Assembly (NCBI GenBank): GCA_964016885.1
Contig: OZ024742.1
Coordinates: 273,668,001 to 273,732,000, forward strand
Direction of reading: 5' to 3'
DNA length: 64,000 bases
Source of the DNA: Eledone cirrhosa
Lineage: Eukaryota
Part shown: positions 39,251 through 51,718 of the stretch, piece after piece
How positions within the stretch are numbered: the stretch's first letter is position 1
Layout of the letters: every line of letters begins with the position of its first letter
Notes under the pieces: model-generated
The model's input: only the letters and a program-made list of their open reading frames with translations
Told to the model about the DNA's origin: nothing
Databases searched by the model: none
Program-made: the position numbers and the translations under genes

Positions 39251-40059
39251 CTATATAAATAACAATCAAAGAGTTTTTAGAACATATATATATACAGAGA
39301 GAGAGAGGGAGAGAGAGAAAGAGCGAGTGTAAGAGGGAGGGATAATCATGTATTGATGTTGAACCTAGATCTAACAGCTTTTCATCCGCTTCTTATCTGA
39401 TGTTTTCACATTTAAGGAATGTTTATTGCGCGACTTCAAAATATCAAAGTTCAAATATAGAAAAGCTAATTAAATCACATTTATAACATTCTTGTTGGAA
39501 AGAGATGTAAAAGATTACTTGGAAGATTCTCTTTCAACAAATCTTTTCATAAATAGCTTTCCGTTATTTCTAACACATTTCTGCACATTTAAGCGTTATC
39601 CAGCATTCCTCTGTAGGTTATAACTACGCGCAATAGATTTTAAATTCACTTGGATTTAAGTAGTATTAGTGTAAACATAACTGGTCTTACGTTTTTTCTT
39701 TTCATTTATTATTTTATTAGTTTCAGTTATCAGACTATTGCCATACATGTACAGTCTCGATATAAGGATACATACGGTTATTTAATTCTTTGAATCTCGT
39801 ATTTATTTTATTGATTACATTTTCTCAAACCACCTCTTTATCTGACATAATCATGGACACAGACATAAACGAGTGTACAAACACAAATGCACACAATTCC
39901 ATGTCCATACATATAGATGCTGAAGCTATAGGACATCATTGGAATAACAAGCTCGGGAAAAAAGGGTCTTGTAACTTCTCATTGCCAACTATCAGGGAAT
40001 GAAGACATGAAGGGAAGGAAAAAGAGAAGAACCATAATCAAAGAAGATATGAGGCACCA

Positions 40060-40420
40060 TGAAGAGAAAGGACGGAAATCAAGGGCTGGGGAACTAGCAT
40101 CTCAGGTAGTCTGGACTAAATGGAAGCTCGCCAAGAGACATATGACTTGAATAGATATATGGAAGTTGGTACCTTACTAAATCTCTTTTCCGTATCGGAA
40201 TACGATACGCTAGAAACCCAAACAAATGTTCTCAGTTGGGGCATGAGGGAGGATGAATTGTGTAGGGTCTGTGGAATTTGAGGCACCATGATCCATATTT
40301 TATCGGAGTGTAAAACAGCTCTTGCCCAAGCGACATAAAGCTGCAGCCATGATAATGTGCTTATGGGGCTAGCCAACCCACCCGACGAAGAGAGACGCAG
40401 CTATATAGCATCCAAACAGG
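40060..40420 (+). pseudogene. HERO/R2-like non-LTR fragment (zinc-knuckle region)
   Basis: YDTLETQTNVLSWG..CRVCG..GTMIHILSECKTALAQ..HDNVL resembles YDVLPSPxNL..C..C..GTLEHILS.C..RHDxVL. Confidence 0.65.
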
Positions 40421-40499
40421 ATGAAACCAACACCATCTATCAGATTTTGGAAAAAGGCTGAGAAGCCATCTACCATATATAGAACAAGATGTAGCCTAC

Positions 40500-40710
40500 C
40501 ACGTTATCAATACAGAATCCAAACACCAAACTTCTGCCCTTAAGGTAGATAAGAAACTCCAATGCTTAGATAAGAGTGAAACCGTCCTCACCCTTAAGGT
40601 TCACAAGGTAGACTTTCCTTCTAATCCTACGTGTAGGCTACTGAACCCGGCACGTACGGGGATGGGGCTAGTCATTAAGGCTATTATTAAGAATATAGTT
40701 GCATCTCCTT
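40500..40710 (+). pseudogene. Short PLE RT N-terminal fragment
   Basis: LTLKVHKVDFPSNPTCRLLNP..G parallels FSLKDHKPNY..IRLISP..LG at 55698. Confidence 0.6.
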
Positions 40711-40749
40711 GCATCTCCTCTTGCTAATCTGTGGAGGAACTCACTGGAT

Positions 40750-42215
40750 GCTGGCTGTATTCCTGAAAACTTTCTGTTCCTGTCTGTTGTCCCAGTTTTC
40801 AAAAAGGGAAACATGTCCGATCTCACTCAACTCTCATAATATCAAGGTTGAGAAGGTGGTGAGATCACGAACAACCCATTTTTTCGAAAGCAACAGACTG
40901 ATGGACTCCAACCAATATGGGTTCCGTAATGGAAGGGACTGCCTAAAGCATCTCCTGCATCATTTTGATGATATTTAGAGAGCATTGGGAGACGGCTCCG
41001 AAACTGATGTCATCTACCTTGATTTCAGAAAGCTCTTTGACAGGGGTGATCATAAGTTTCTATTGAAAAAACTATCCAACATTGGTGTCTCTGGAAAGTT
41101 ACTACAGTGGATCAAATGTTTACTGACAGACAGCGCCAACATGTTGTAGTCAAAGGTGTAAAATGAAACGCAGGCAAAATCAGCAATGGCGATCCGCAGG
41201 TCATTGTGTTGGGCCCACTTCTTTTCATGATCTACATTAATGACATTACTGACATCATCAAGCACAGCAACATAAGAATATTTGCAGATGATTCCAACTG
41301 CATAAGGTCATTAATGAGGTGGGTGATCGGACTTGACTTCAGGCAGACCTACTGGATGTTATCCAATGGGCCGAAAAGAAAAATATGCTGCTGAATGAAG
41401 ATAAATTCGAGTTAATCCACTTTGGAAAAGAGGATACCCCGAAACTCTCATATTCTCTTTCTTCAGGTGGAACTCTCATGGCATCCAACATCAGAGACTT
41501 GGGAGTATTTGTGGACAACATCATAAGCTGGGTCGCCCAAATAAACAGCAAAATTGACATGACCCACAGAATGTGTTCCTGAATACCTTCCAGTCATGAG
41601 ATATGCGCACAGTTATCCTTCTCTTCTCCACCCCACCTTGAATACTGTTATCCACTGTGGTCCCTCCACATGAAACAACGTATCATGAAATATGATTCAC
41701 CTGAAATATCAATTACAAAAAGGATAGATGGCATGAATATTGGAGTCGATTAGTAAAGCTTAAACTTTATTCTCTCCAACGTCGCCGTGAACGCTACATT
41801 ATCTGCATGACGTGGAAAATAATCCATCAGCATTGTCCAAATGATGTCGGCATCATCTCCAAGGTACACCCAACGCTTAGGGCCCGTTCTATCCACCCAT
41901 GACAAAAGTCTCACTCGCATCTCATAACAACAATACGGCACAATTATTTCACCTCAATAGGGCCCGATCTCGTTATCATTACACCAAAACACGTTAAAAC
42001 GGAATCAGATCCCATAAAGATCAAGAAGTCTTTGGACAAATGCCTTCAAGAAATTCTGGATAAACCTCATACACCCGGATATGTTTCCGCAAACAACTCT
42101 TTATTTGCGTGAGCTATGGTGTCCATATCCTGATTTGAAAGACTTCACCAGGTGGTGCTATTAATTTAGTTATGGCCTGGGCCAATACCGGCTAAAATGT
42201 ATCAAAGTTAAAGTT
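40750..42215 (+). mobile_element. 5'-truncated decayed CR1/L2-group LINE (RT and 3' end)
   Basis: PISLNS, QYGFRNGRDC, DVIYLDFRKLFD, VLGPLLFMIYIND, IFADD, RDLGV, LKLYSLQRRRERY. Short repeat tail AAAGTTAAAGTTA. Confidence 0.88.
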
Positions 42216-42262
<47 letters not shown>

Positions 42263-42375
42263 TAGAAATAATAATAAATATGAAGACTAAAATCCAAAGA
42301 GGGTTCGATGAGGATAAATATATATCAAATATATAAGAACCATAGAGGTATTTTAATAAATATATATATATACAC

Positions 42376-42428
<53 letters not shown>

Positions 42429-42921
42429 TTTTATTCGATATGTGTATTTCCACATTTTCTCGAATAGTTTTCGCGGATGTAGAGGTTATCTCCCTTGCCG
42501 AATTCCATGTGCGTATTTAGCCTGGGTTAAGCCATCTTATCCGTTCGGACGAAGCTCGTTGAAGAAGTAAATTTCCTGTCCCCTGAATTCTAGAAGTCTT
42601 ATATATTTATATGTGAGCTGATAGAGTACAGTTTAAGGATTTACAGAAACCCAAGAAGCTACATTTAACACCTTTCTAGTGGGTCCGGGTATGATTTTAC
42701 ATTCATTTAAATTATTAATTTATTGATATTTTTTATCTGAGTGTCCCGAATCTTCCGTTATCGATTTTTTCGATCATGCGGTTGATTATAGACTTGTTCT
42801 AAGTGTGACGGTATTTTAACGATAGTTATAGCTCTGATTTATCTAAATCAGCGAGCACTCTGCCGCTCATATCGAATTTTGTTTATCGTGAACTCGTGCG
42901 CCGATTTTTCGATACTCGATC

Positions 42922-42993
<72 letters not shown>

Positions 42994-43145
42994 ATAGAGG
43001 TGTAACAGACAAGTTATTATATATTGGTAAACGGAATAGAAGATGCTGACAAATTGTTCACAGTTGAAAAATGGTTTAATTAGGAATAAAAGAGTATTAG
43101 TGATTGTATGGGTTAGTATTCAGTTGTGGTTTTAAGTTTTTAAGT

Positions 43146-43182
43146 TTTTACCGGTTGCGCATTTCTAAATGCTTTTCAAAAA
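43146..43182 (-). ncRNA. Minimal hammerhead-like motif (U3-A8, A13C)
   Basis: Reverse complement of 48095-48131. Confidence 0.6.
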
Positions 43183-43475
43183 TAATTTTGAGATAAAGTG
43201 TCCGTGCTGTTTGCTCTGATCTGATTAGTTTTGGGAATTCTACCTGTTTTTATGTTAAAAAAGTGGCTCCAATTTGCAAAAATGCTTGTGGTCAAAACAA
43301 TTTTGATTGGTCGGTAGAGGTCATGTGAATGTAAAAAATTGATTTTGCACCAAGACTGTTTTTATGTTAAAAAAGTGGCTCCAGCAAAAATTCTTGTGGT
43401 CAAAACAATTTTGAGGTCATGTGAATAAAAAAATTGGTTTTGCGCCAAGATTGAGAAATGACTCTTTCACAACAA

Positions 43476-43517
<42 letters not shown>

Positions 43518-43586
43518 TAGTAGTAATAAGGTGTTCGATGTTGTGATAATGGTTAGCAGCGATGTGTGTCAAATGGCTATTAAGAT

Positions 43587-43649
<63 letters not shown>

Positions 43650-43834
43650 GCAGAGTAATTCGTGGTGGCAGGGATGGTCAGTAAGAATGTGTCTGAAAGC
43701 AATGGGGGGTATTTTAGCATGTCAAAAGATATTTTTCAGCTTTTGTCTTATACGGAGAAGTGCGTGTGTGTGTGTGTATATATATGTCTCTTTGTATGCT
43801 GATGTACGCGTGTGTATGTGTGTGTGTATATAAA

Positions 43835-43870
<36 letters not shown>

Positions 43871-44015
43871 GACCAGTATTTTTTTCCCCCCTGGTAAAAT
43901 GGTGTACATTATTCGATTTTTTCAGTAAAATCGGTTCTCTTAATAGAACATCAAAAATCTTAACAAAAAAAGGTGTGAAATGATATTCACTATATATATA
44001 TACACATACATATAT

Positions 44016-44081
<66 letters not shown>

Positions 44082-44221
44082 TACATATATATATGCACAT
44101 ATATTTTTTTGTGTCGCACCATAGAGCATGTGTGTTTACGTATGTCATTGTGTTTATATGTGGGTAGAGATGTGTGCTGATGTAGGTATGTATGTTGACG
44201 TGTGTATGTTGTGGGTTCGTC

Positions 44222-46540
44222 TTAGGGAGAAGTGTTTAGACGGGGTCCGTATTTGTTAATGAAGTAAGATTCCTTGCTGATGCGCTGGGTGTGGGTGGCA
44301 TTATCTTTAAATTTGTAGAGGGGAAAGATTCTGAAGTTGGGATGATTTTGGGCGGCACAGGTATCAATGTGTTCACTCAGTGGTATTTTCCTGTATTCCC
44401 GTATTTTTATTTGGGATCTATGGACAGTCATGCGTTGGCGGAGGCTGAATTTGGTCTGGCCTATGTATTGTTCTCGACAACCTGAACAAGTTAATACATA
44501 TATTAGATTTTCCGATGCACATGTGAAATTGTGTTTTACTATAAAACGTTGTCGATCTTTGAAATAGAATTCCGAACCCTCTATTAGGTTGATGCAAATG
44601 CCACAGTTGGGTCTATCGCATTTTTTTACTGTGGGTTTCGTTGTTGTGGTTGGCAGTACTTTGGCATGTGTTAAGATGTTTTTCATTGACTTGGATTGTC
44701 TTTTGCTCTTTATGATATCGTGTGTTCGTAGAATTTGGTTCATTCTATGGTCCTTTTTCAATACAGTGATGTTCTGGAGGATGGTGTCAAAGGCCTCATT
44801 GTTGAGGGGGTTGTGTGTGGAGATGTATGGAAGAGCTATTAGTTTTGGTTGATTTACTTTAGGGTGTCTAAGGTCCTGGGTACTGTGTTTTAGGGCACGT
44901 TGGATTCCATTGTCAATTAGTGATGCAGGGTAGTCCCTGCCTATGAGTGTGTACTTTAGTTCTTGTAGCCGTAAGTAGCAGATGTTTTTATTGGAGACTA
45001 TAGTACAGATTCTCTTGGCTAAGTTGTAGGGAATATTAATGTTAACGTGTCTAGGGTGGCAAGAGTTGAAGGGGAGATATTGCTTGGAGTCTGTGGGCTT
45101 GTAGTATATGTCTGTTTCTATTTTTTTGTTATGGATCTTAATGAGGATGTCGAGAAAGGGTAGTTGTTGATGGCTGTATTCCATCGTGAAGTTAATATTT
45201 GTGTTGAGCCCATTTATAAGGGTGTGAAATTCTTTAAGTTTTTCGATGTTTTCGTGCCAAAGGATGAAGCAGTCATCTAGATATCGCTTCCAGTTCCTTT
45301 CAATGTGTAAGTGGAGGGTGTTTCCAAATTTTTTTAGGACTTTAGTGTAGAGGGTGATTTCCAGGTATCCCATGACTAGGTTGGCATAAGTGGGGGCTGT
45401 TTTCGTTCCCATAGCGGTCCCAGATTTCTGCCTGTAGGGTTTGTTATTGAAAACGAAGTAATTGTTCTCCAAGATAAATTTGAGTCCCTCTATCACGAAT
45501 TCTTTTTTGATGCGTTGTAGGAGTTCATTGTGGAAATTATCCAGCCAGAATTGGATAGCTTCTATTCCTAGGTTGTGGGGGATTTTGGAGTATAGGTTGA
45601 CTACATCGAACGTCACTAGTAGGGTTTGTTCAGAAAGTGGCATATTAGGGAGGTGATTGAGCATATCTAGGTCGTCCCTTATATAGCTTTTGATGTGTTT
45701 GAGGAAGGGTTTGAGAAGGCTATCAATGAAGTTGCTAAGACGGTGCGTTTTGCAAGCGGGGCCTGCTATTATAGGTCTTAATTTGAGATCATTAGGTGAG
45801 GGGACATTGATGACTATGTCTGTGGCTTCCTTGCATGCCTTACTTATTGATTCGCTTTTATGTACTTTAGGGATACCGTAGAAAAGGCTGGATTTACTTG
45901 TGAAGTCTGTGATGAAGCTGAATTCCTTGTTAGTGAGTCCTTCTTTGTATTGGTTGATTAGAGTTTTTAGGTTTCTCATAATTTTCTGTTGATTGTAGTG
46001 TTCAGCCTTTTCGTAGTATGTTTCGTTTTCCAAAGTGGAGAGCGCTAAGTTGATATAGAATTCTGTCTCCATTAGTACTACTGTACTCCCTTTATCAGCC
46101 TCTTTAATTGTAATGGTTCTGTCGGTTTTTAATCTATTTAATTATTCCCATTCTTTCTTGTTGAGGTTTGGCTTGTGTTTTTGTCTGTGCAAGTGTTGGT
46201 AAGGGAAGTTTGTGATGTGTTCACAGAATTCGTCCAGGATTTTATTTCTACCTTTTGAAGAGGTGTAATTGCTTCTATTTCTGGCTAATGATTCATCCTC
46301 ATCGTACTGGTCGAATAGTTGTTCACTAAGTCGTAACTTTCTACAGAAGTCTGTGATGTCTTCCTTCATTTCATAGTAGTTAGGACGTAGTCGGGTCGGT
46401 GTGAATTTAAGACCTTTGGAGAGTAAGTTGATAAGGTTGGGTGTTGGTTCTGCACTAGTAAGATTGATAATTTTTATTACTATCGGTTTCTCCTCCCTGT
46501 CTTGTGTTATTTTGTTTGCCTGTATCTGTGTGCTGTGTCT
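44222..46540 (-). pseudogene. ORF2: RT, CxxxxCxxC linker and GIY-YIG endonuclease; one premature TAA at 46142-46144
   Basis: A single frame runs from IINLTS..LLSKGLKFTP through EADKG, FYGIPKVHK, FDVVNLY, GTAMG, RYLDD, CDRPNCGIC and NLIY..YIGQT. Confidence 0.92.
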
Positions 46541-47360
46541 AAATAATGGTTGGGGTAGAGGGGTTGTCTGCTGATGTTAAGTGGTCTCCTGTGTTTGTTA
46601 TATTCCTTGTTGTTGTAAAATGTGGTTCGGGTTGGTGGTTGTAGATTGAATGGGGTGTTCCTGTACTGCGAGTATGGGTGTGTGTTTCTATGTGCCATGT
46701 TGTATTGTGGTGTTATAAGTGGCCTACGTTGTTGGTTGTATCGTGTGGTGTGGGTTTGTTGTGTATTGTGGAAGCGAGAGATGAGAAAATGGTAATTACC
46801 TTGCTGTCCCCTTGAAGCGGGGAAGTTGTTACATCTATCATGGCGGTGGTATCTTTTCCCTATGTTTGACGATGAGGCATCCGCGTAGTAGTTGAGTGAT
46901 TTGGTATTGTGTCTCCTTGAAGGCGGAAAGTTGTAAATGTCATTCTGGGGGAGATGATTTCTTGGGTTTTTGTTCCTTCTTATGGTAGCGAAGTTGGGAA
47001 GTTCATCTTCGGTGTGGTGCTTCTTTCTTCGTTTGTTAGAGGCTTGGGGGTTTGAGAAGTTGTTGTGCGGTTCAGTTATGGGTTTTTCTATTTTTATGAA
47101 CGGGTTAATGGAGGTGTAATCCGTTTGAAAAGTCGATTCATAGTGTAGGAACCAAGCGGCACTTTTTTCCCAGTGCTGAAGGGATTTCAGTTCTTCTCTG
47201 TTGCAGTCCCTTTCCATAATTTGGAGATCTTCTCTACCTTGGGGCCTTCAGTTTTGTTGTTGATTTCCAGGAGGATCTCTTCATCGATGGTTTTGATTTT
47301 TTCCTCATTTGTCTGGGCCCTCAGTTTAAGAAGTTCAATTTCTGTCTTCATTGTTTCCAA
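46507..47360 (-). pseudogene. ORF1 of the Neptune-like PLE: predicted coiled-coil plus N/Q/R/P-rich disordered region
   Basis: MKTEIELLKLRAQTNEEKIKTIDEEI..EELKSLQHWEKSAAWF is homologous to 57767-58840. One frameshift near 47210. Overlaps ORF2, which is in the -1 frame. Confidence 0.75.
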
Positions 47361-47498
47361 TATATATATAGTGAATATCATTGCACACCTTTTTTTGTTA
47401 AGAATTTTGATGTTCTATTAAGAGAACCGATTTTACTGAAAAAATCGAATAATGTACACCATTTTACCAGGGGAAAACAAATACTGGTCCACCCACAT

Positions 47499-47529
<31 letters not shown>

Positions 47530-47820
47530 CACACACACACATACACACGCTTACATCAACATACAAAGAGACTTATATATACACACACACACACACACGC
47601 ACTTCTCCGTATGAGACAAAAGCTGAAAAATATCTTTTGACATGCTAAAATACACCCCATTGCTTTCAGACACATTCTTACTGACCATCCCTGCCACCAC
47701 GAATTACTCTGCTATACACACACACACACACACACACACACTTATCTTAATAGCCATTTGACACACATCGCTGCTAACCATTATCACAACATCGAACACC
47801 ATACTACTACTACTACACAC

Positions 47821-47876
<56 letters not shown>

Positions 47877-48094
47877 ACACACACACACACACATATTTGT
47901 TGTGAAAGAGTCATTTCTCAATCTTGGCGCAAAATCAATTTTTTACATTCACCTGACCTCTGCCGACCAATCAAAATTGTTTTGACCACAAGAATTTTTG
48001 CAAATTGGAGCCACTTTTTTAACATAAAAACAGGTAGAATTCCCCAAACTAATCAGATCAGAGCAAACAGCACGGACACTCTATCTCAAAATTA

Positions 48095-48131
48095 TTTTTG
48101 AAAAGCATTTAGAAATGCGCAACCGGTAAAA
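48095..48131 (+). ncRNA. Minimal hammerhead-like motif (U3-A8, A13C)
   Basis: UUU-UUGAAAA-GCAUUU AG AAAUGC-GCAA-CCGG-UA-AAA, with the palindrome ACCGGU typical of PLE HHRs. Confidence 0.6.
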
Positions 48132-48249
48132 ACTTAAAAACTTAAAACCACAACTGAATACTAACCCATACAATCACTAATACTCTTTTATTCCTAATTA
48201 AACCATTTTTCAACTGTGAACAATTTGTCAGCATTTTCTATTCCGTTTA

Positions 48250-48347
<98 letters not shown>

Positions 48348-48417
48348 TATATATGTATATATATGTAAGTATGTATGTATACGTACATACATATATGTAT
48401 ACAGACGTACAGTACCA

Positions 48418-48475
<58 letters not shown>

Positions 48476-48623
48476 GGTACACATACATTTATGCACGCAT
48501 CAGTTTAGCGGACGCTTATTATAACGCCGCTTTGTTCGTTTGTCAACAAACTGTACAGCCTGAATTTATGCCATACGGTGTTAAGGCAACCACGTCACCT
48601 TTTTGTTCAACACTGACACAGGA

Positions 48624-48666
48624 ACGATGTACTAGTTTCAAGATTGTTAGCTATCATCAGCACCGT
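48624..48666 (-). ncRNA. Minimal type I hammerhead
   Basis: ACGGUG-CUGAUGA-UAGCUAACAAUCUU-GAAA-CUAG-UA-CAUCGU. Confidence 0.85.
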
Positions 48667-48891
48667 TTACCCATCTGCCAGATAGTTGAACGTTCGAAAG
48701 TATATACTTTCCTTATGAAAATTAACGGCTGAGCAGCCTAATTTGCATATTGAGTGAGTTAAATCGGTCAGGCATACCGAAAACGATAAGTTGAAAAAAA
48801 TGAAAACGAAATTTCATTTCTCACTCTTAGTATGGCACTTACTTAAATTTAAGTATGTATGTATACGTTCAACTATCTGGCAGATGGGTAA

Positions 48892-48934
48892 ACGGTGCTG
48901 ATGATAGCTAACAAGCCTGAAACTAGTACATCGT
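48892..48934 (+). ncRNA. Minimal type I hammerhead
   Basis: ACGGUG-CUGAUGA-UAGCUAACAAGCCU-GAAA-CUAG-UA-CAUCGU. Confidence 0.85.
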
Positions 48935-49084
48935 TCCTGTGTCAGTGTTGAACAAAAAGGTGACGTGGTTGCCTTAACACCGTATGGCATAAATTCAGGC
49001 TGTTCAGTTTGTTGACAAACGAACAAAGCGGCGTTATAATAAGCGTCCGCTAAACTGATGCGTGCATATATGTATGTGTACCTG

Positions 49085-49141
<57 letters not shown>

Positions 49142-49379
49142 GCATGCTACTGTACGTCTGTATACATATATGTATGTACGTATACATACATACTTACATT
49201 TAAGTAAGTGCCATACTAAGAGTGAGAAATGAAATTTCGTTTTCATTTTTTTCAACCTATCGTTTTCGCTATGCCTGACCGATTTAACTCACTCAATATG
49301 CAAATTAGACTGCTCAGCCGTTAATTTTCATAAGGAAAGTATATACTTTCGAACGTTCAACTATCTGGCAGATGGGTAA

Positions 49380-49422
49380 ACGGTGCTGATGATAGCTAAC
49401 AAGCTTGAAACTAGTACACCGT
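49380..49422 (+). ncRNA. Minimal type I hammerhead (best-preserved copy)
   Basis: ACGGUG-CUGAUGA-UAGCU AACA AGCUU-GAAA-CUAG-UA-CACCGU. Perfect 6-bp stem I. Confidence 0.9.
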
Positions 49423-49711
49423 TCCTGTGTCAGTGTTGAACAAAAATGTGACGTGGTTGCCTTAACACCGTATGGCATAAATTCAGGCTGTTCACTTTGT
49501 TGACAAACGAACAAAGCGGCGTTATAATAAGCGTCCGCTAAACTGATGCGTGCATATATGTATGTGTACCTGTATGTATATATATATATATATATGCATG
49601 CTACTGTACGTCTGTATACATATATGTATGTACGTATACATACATACTTACATTTAAGTAAGTGCCATACTAAGAGTGAGAAATTAAATTTCGTTTTCAT
49701 TTTTTTCAACT

Positions 49712-49771
<60 letters not shown>

Positions 49772-49842
49772 TAACAGATTAAAGTTTAAGCAAAGAATCG
49801 CTGCTTTCAGCGTTAACGGGATCTTCTGAAATAAATATATAT

Positions 49843-50400
49843 ATAGCGTGCATTTACGTTGGTGTCTGCAGGCCCTGATGATTTCAGATCTGAGGTTGAC
49901 TGCGTCGCCCTTTAGTTTGACTATCTCCATAGCCTCGGACAGGCACTACTTGCACCTCCTCTCGCCAGGCGAGAACGCATTGGCGCGCTGGACAATACTC
50001 CAGCTGTTGTCAAACTCCGTTCCACTGTTTTTGAGTCCCCATACTAGGTCCGCCTGTCTAGTAGAGTCTCTCTTGTTCCTGTCCTTGAACGAGACACTCT
50101 ACTAGACTGAAATCATCACGGCCTGCAGACACCAACGTAAATGCACGCTATCCGCTTTAGTGATACCGGATGTATCTATCTAAGGCCCTACCGGTAAGAA
50201 AATTCCAGGTGGGCGCATGCAGCGGACCACGATATGCCACAACATACCTATGAATCGAAGGCGGAACAAGTTGATATCCACGGCAGATCCAACGTTACCT
50301 ACCTCGTAACGTACCTAGGATAGCGCCGCCCCACCATCCTGGCGACGCCGACCCAATATAATTCTGATTTTCTTTACAACCTCATGTGTGGTTTTGAGTT
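49843..50400. mobile_element. Inverted PLE C-terminal fragment: minus strand 49843-50090, with a plus-strand restart at 50107 running into a 3' UTR
   Basis: The minus strand reads SFKDRNKRDST..VWGLK..WSIVQRANAF..RCK*CLSE..VNLRSEIIRACRHQRK. Confidence 0.8.
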
Positions 50401-51456
50401 TTGAATGTGAATTTGTGATTTTTAATTCTTAATCTTCGATTTTTAATTTTCGAGTCTTGATGTTTAATTTGCCAATTTGATGTTAGTCCTGAGGCTGAAC
50501 TTAGGGTTAATGTTTTAAATAACTCTAACTTTGCCTACCCTTGCCATATACATGCCTACAACACAAGCCGTTGGTATATTCCACTTATGCATCTATTCCA
50601 GGTACATTTCATATAGACTTTTATGTAACACATATTCTATACATTCCTGATATCCATAGATGCATATATTCCACGTAAATCTCATAGAAAATATTATGAA
50701 AACAATATTCTAAACATTCACAGTATATATAACTTGCTTGTGTACACACACACGGTCCCTTGTGTCCACCCGTCATGAAACCTGTCTCATGTGCATTGTT
50801 GATGTGCAGGTTCGAACCCAGTCCTTTGGACAGTCAGTCCTGTATCTTATATAACCCTATGCATCACAATCTTCAAGTATTTTACGCAACTTTATGAAAA
50901 TCCCAATAATGTCCGGATAGCGTGAACAGCTACCCCTTTGCATATTTTTCATGTATACATTCTTTTTCCAGTATCATATTTTATTTTATATTATTTTATT
51001 TTATTTTATTTTATTTCATGTACGTGCACGCACTTTTTTATATATGTGCCCCCCAAGTTATATGTGACTAGTACATGGCTAATATATAGATACTGCATTT
51101 ATGCATATTGTGTGTGCAGTTTCAACATAATATGAGTTGAGTCCAAGCCTCAAGAACGTTGTCTCATATAATATTCTATGCGCCATGTGCACAGTTGCGT
51201 GTGTGTGTGTGAGTGTGCGTGTGTGTGTGTATGTGTGGATGTGTCGGTATTCATCAAGTATATGCTCTGTTTTGAGACGTATGGGCAAGTCCATGTGCAT
51301 GCCCATGCGCGGACACATGTATGCATGTGTGTGCATGCATACACGCATACAGACATGTGTATGCATGTCCGGGTGTATCTAATTGTATGAACATGTATGT
51401 GTAGGTGTATGCATATCTATGTGTAAATTCTCAATTTTTTCATCAGTATATGCGCG

Positions 51457-51718
51457 CAGCGTCTTCAGTATATATGATCCACTGAATACAGCGTCTTAAG
51501 TATATATGATTCACTGAGTACAGCGTCTTAAGTATATATGATTCACTGAGTACAGCGTCTTCAGTATATATGATCTACTAAGTAGAGCGTCTTAAGTGTA
51601 TATGATTCACTGAGTACAGCGTCTTAAGTATATATGATTCACTGAATACAGCGTCTTAAGTATATATGATCCACTGGGTACATCGTCTTAAGCGTATATG
51701 ATTCACTGAGTACAGCGT
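51457..51718. repeat. 32-bp minisatellite, ~8 copies
   Basis: Unit CAGCGTCTTAAGTATATATGATTCACTGAGTA in direct tandem. Confidence 0.95.

Larger units (their letters stand above)
42989..48255 (-). mobile_element. Neptune-like PLE, 5'-truncated, with ~0.9-kb inverted repeats (43020-43999 / 47360-48255), between (TA)n tracts
   Basis: The arms are reverse complements, include (GT)n tracts and each carry an HHR-like motif. Two ORFs lie between them. Confidence 0.93.
48345..49712. mobile_element. Retrozyme-like non-coding element: one inverted unit (48345-48866) and tandem plus-strand units with 488-bp period
   Basis: HHRs at 48624-48666 (-), 48892-48934 (+) and 49380-49422 (+). No real ORF. Flanked by (TA)n. 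Confidence 0.85.

Noticed and set aside
49843-50151. MITE with 45-bp TIRs
   Set aside because: The interior and the repeats translate as a PLE C-terminus, so this is an inversion product. The CTGATGA inside has no matching GAAA or stem III.
51457-51718. CRISPR-like 32-bp repeats
   Set aside because: There are no spacers and the context is eukaryotic; it is a plain minisatellite.
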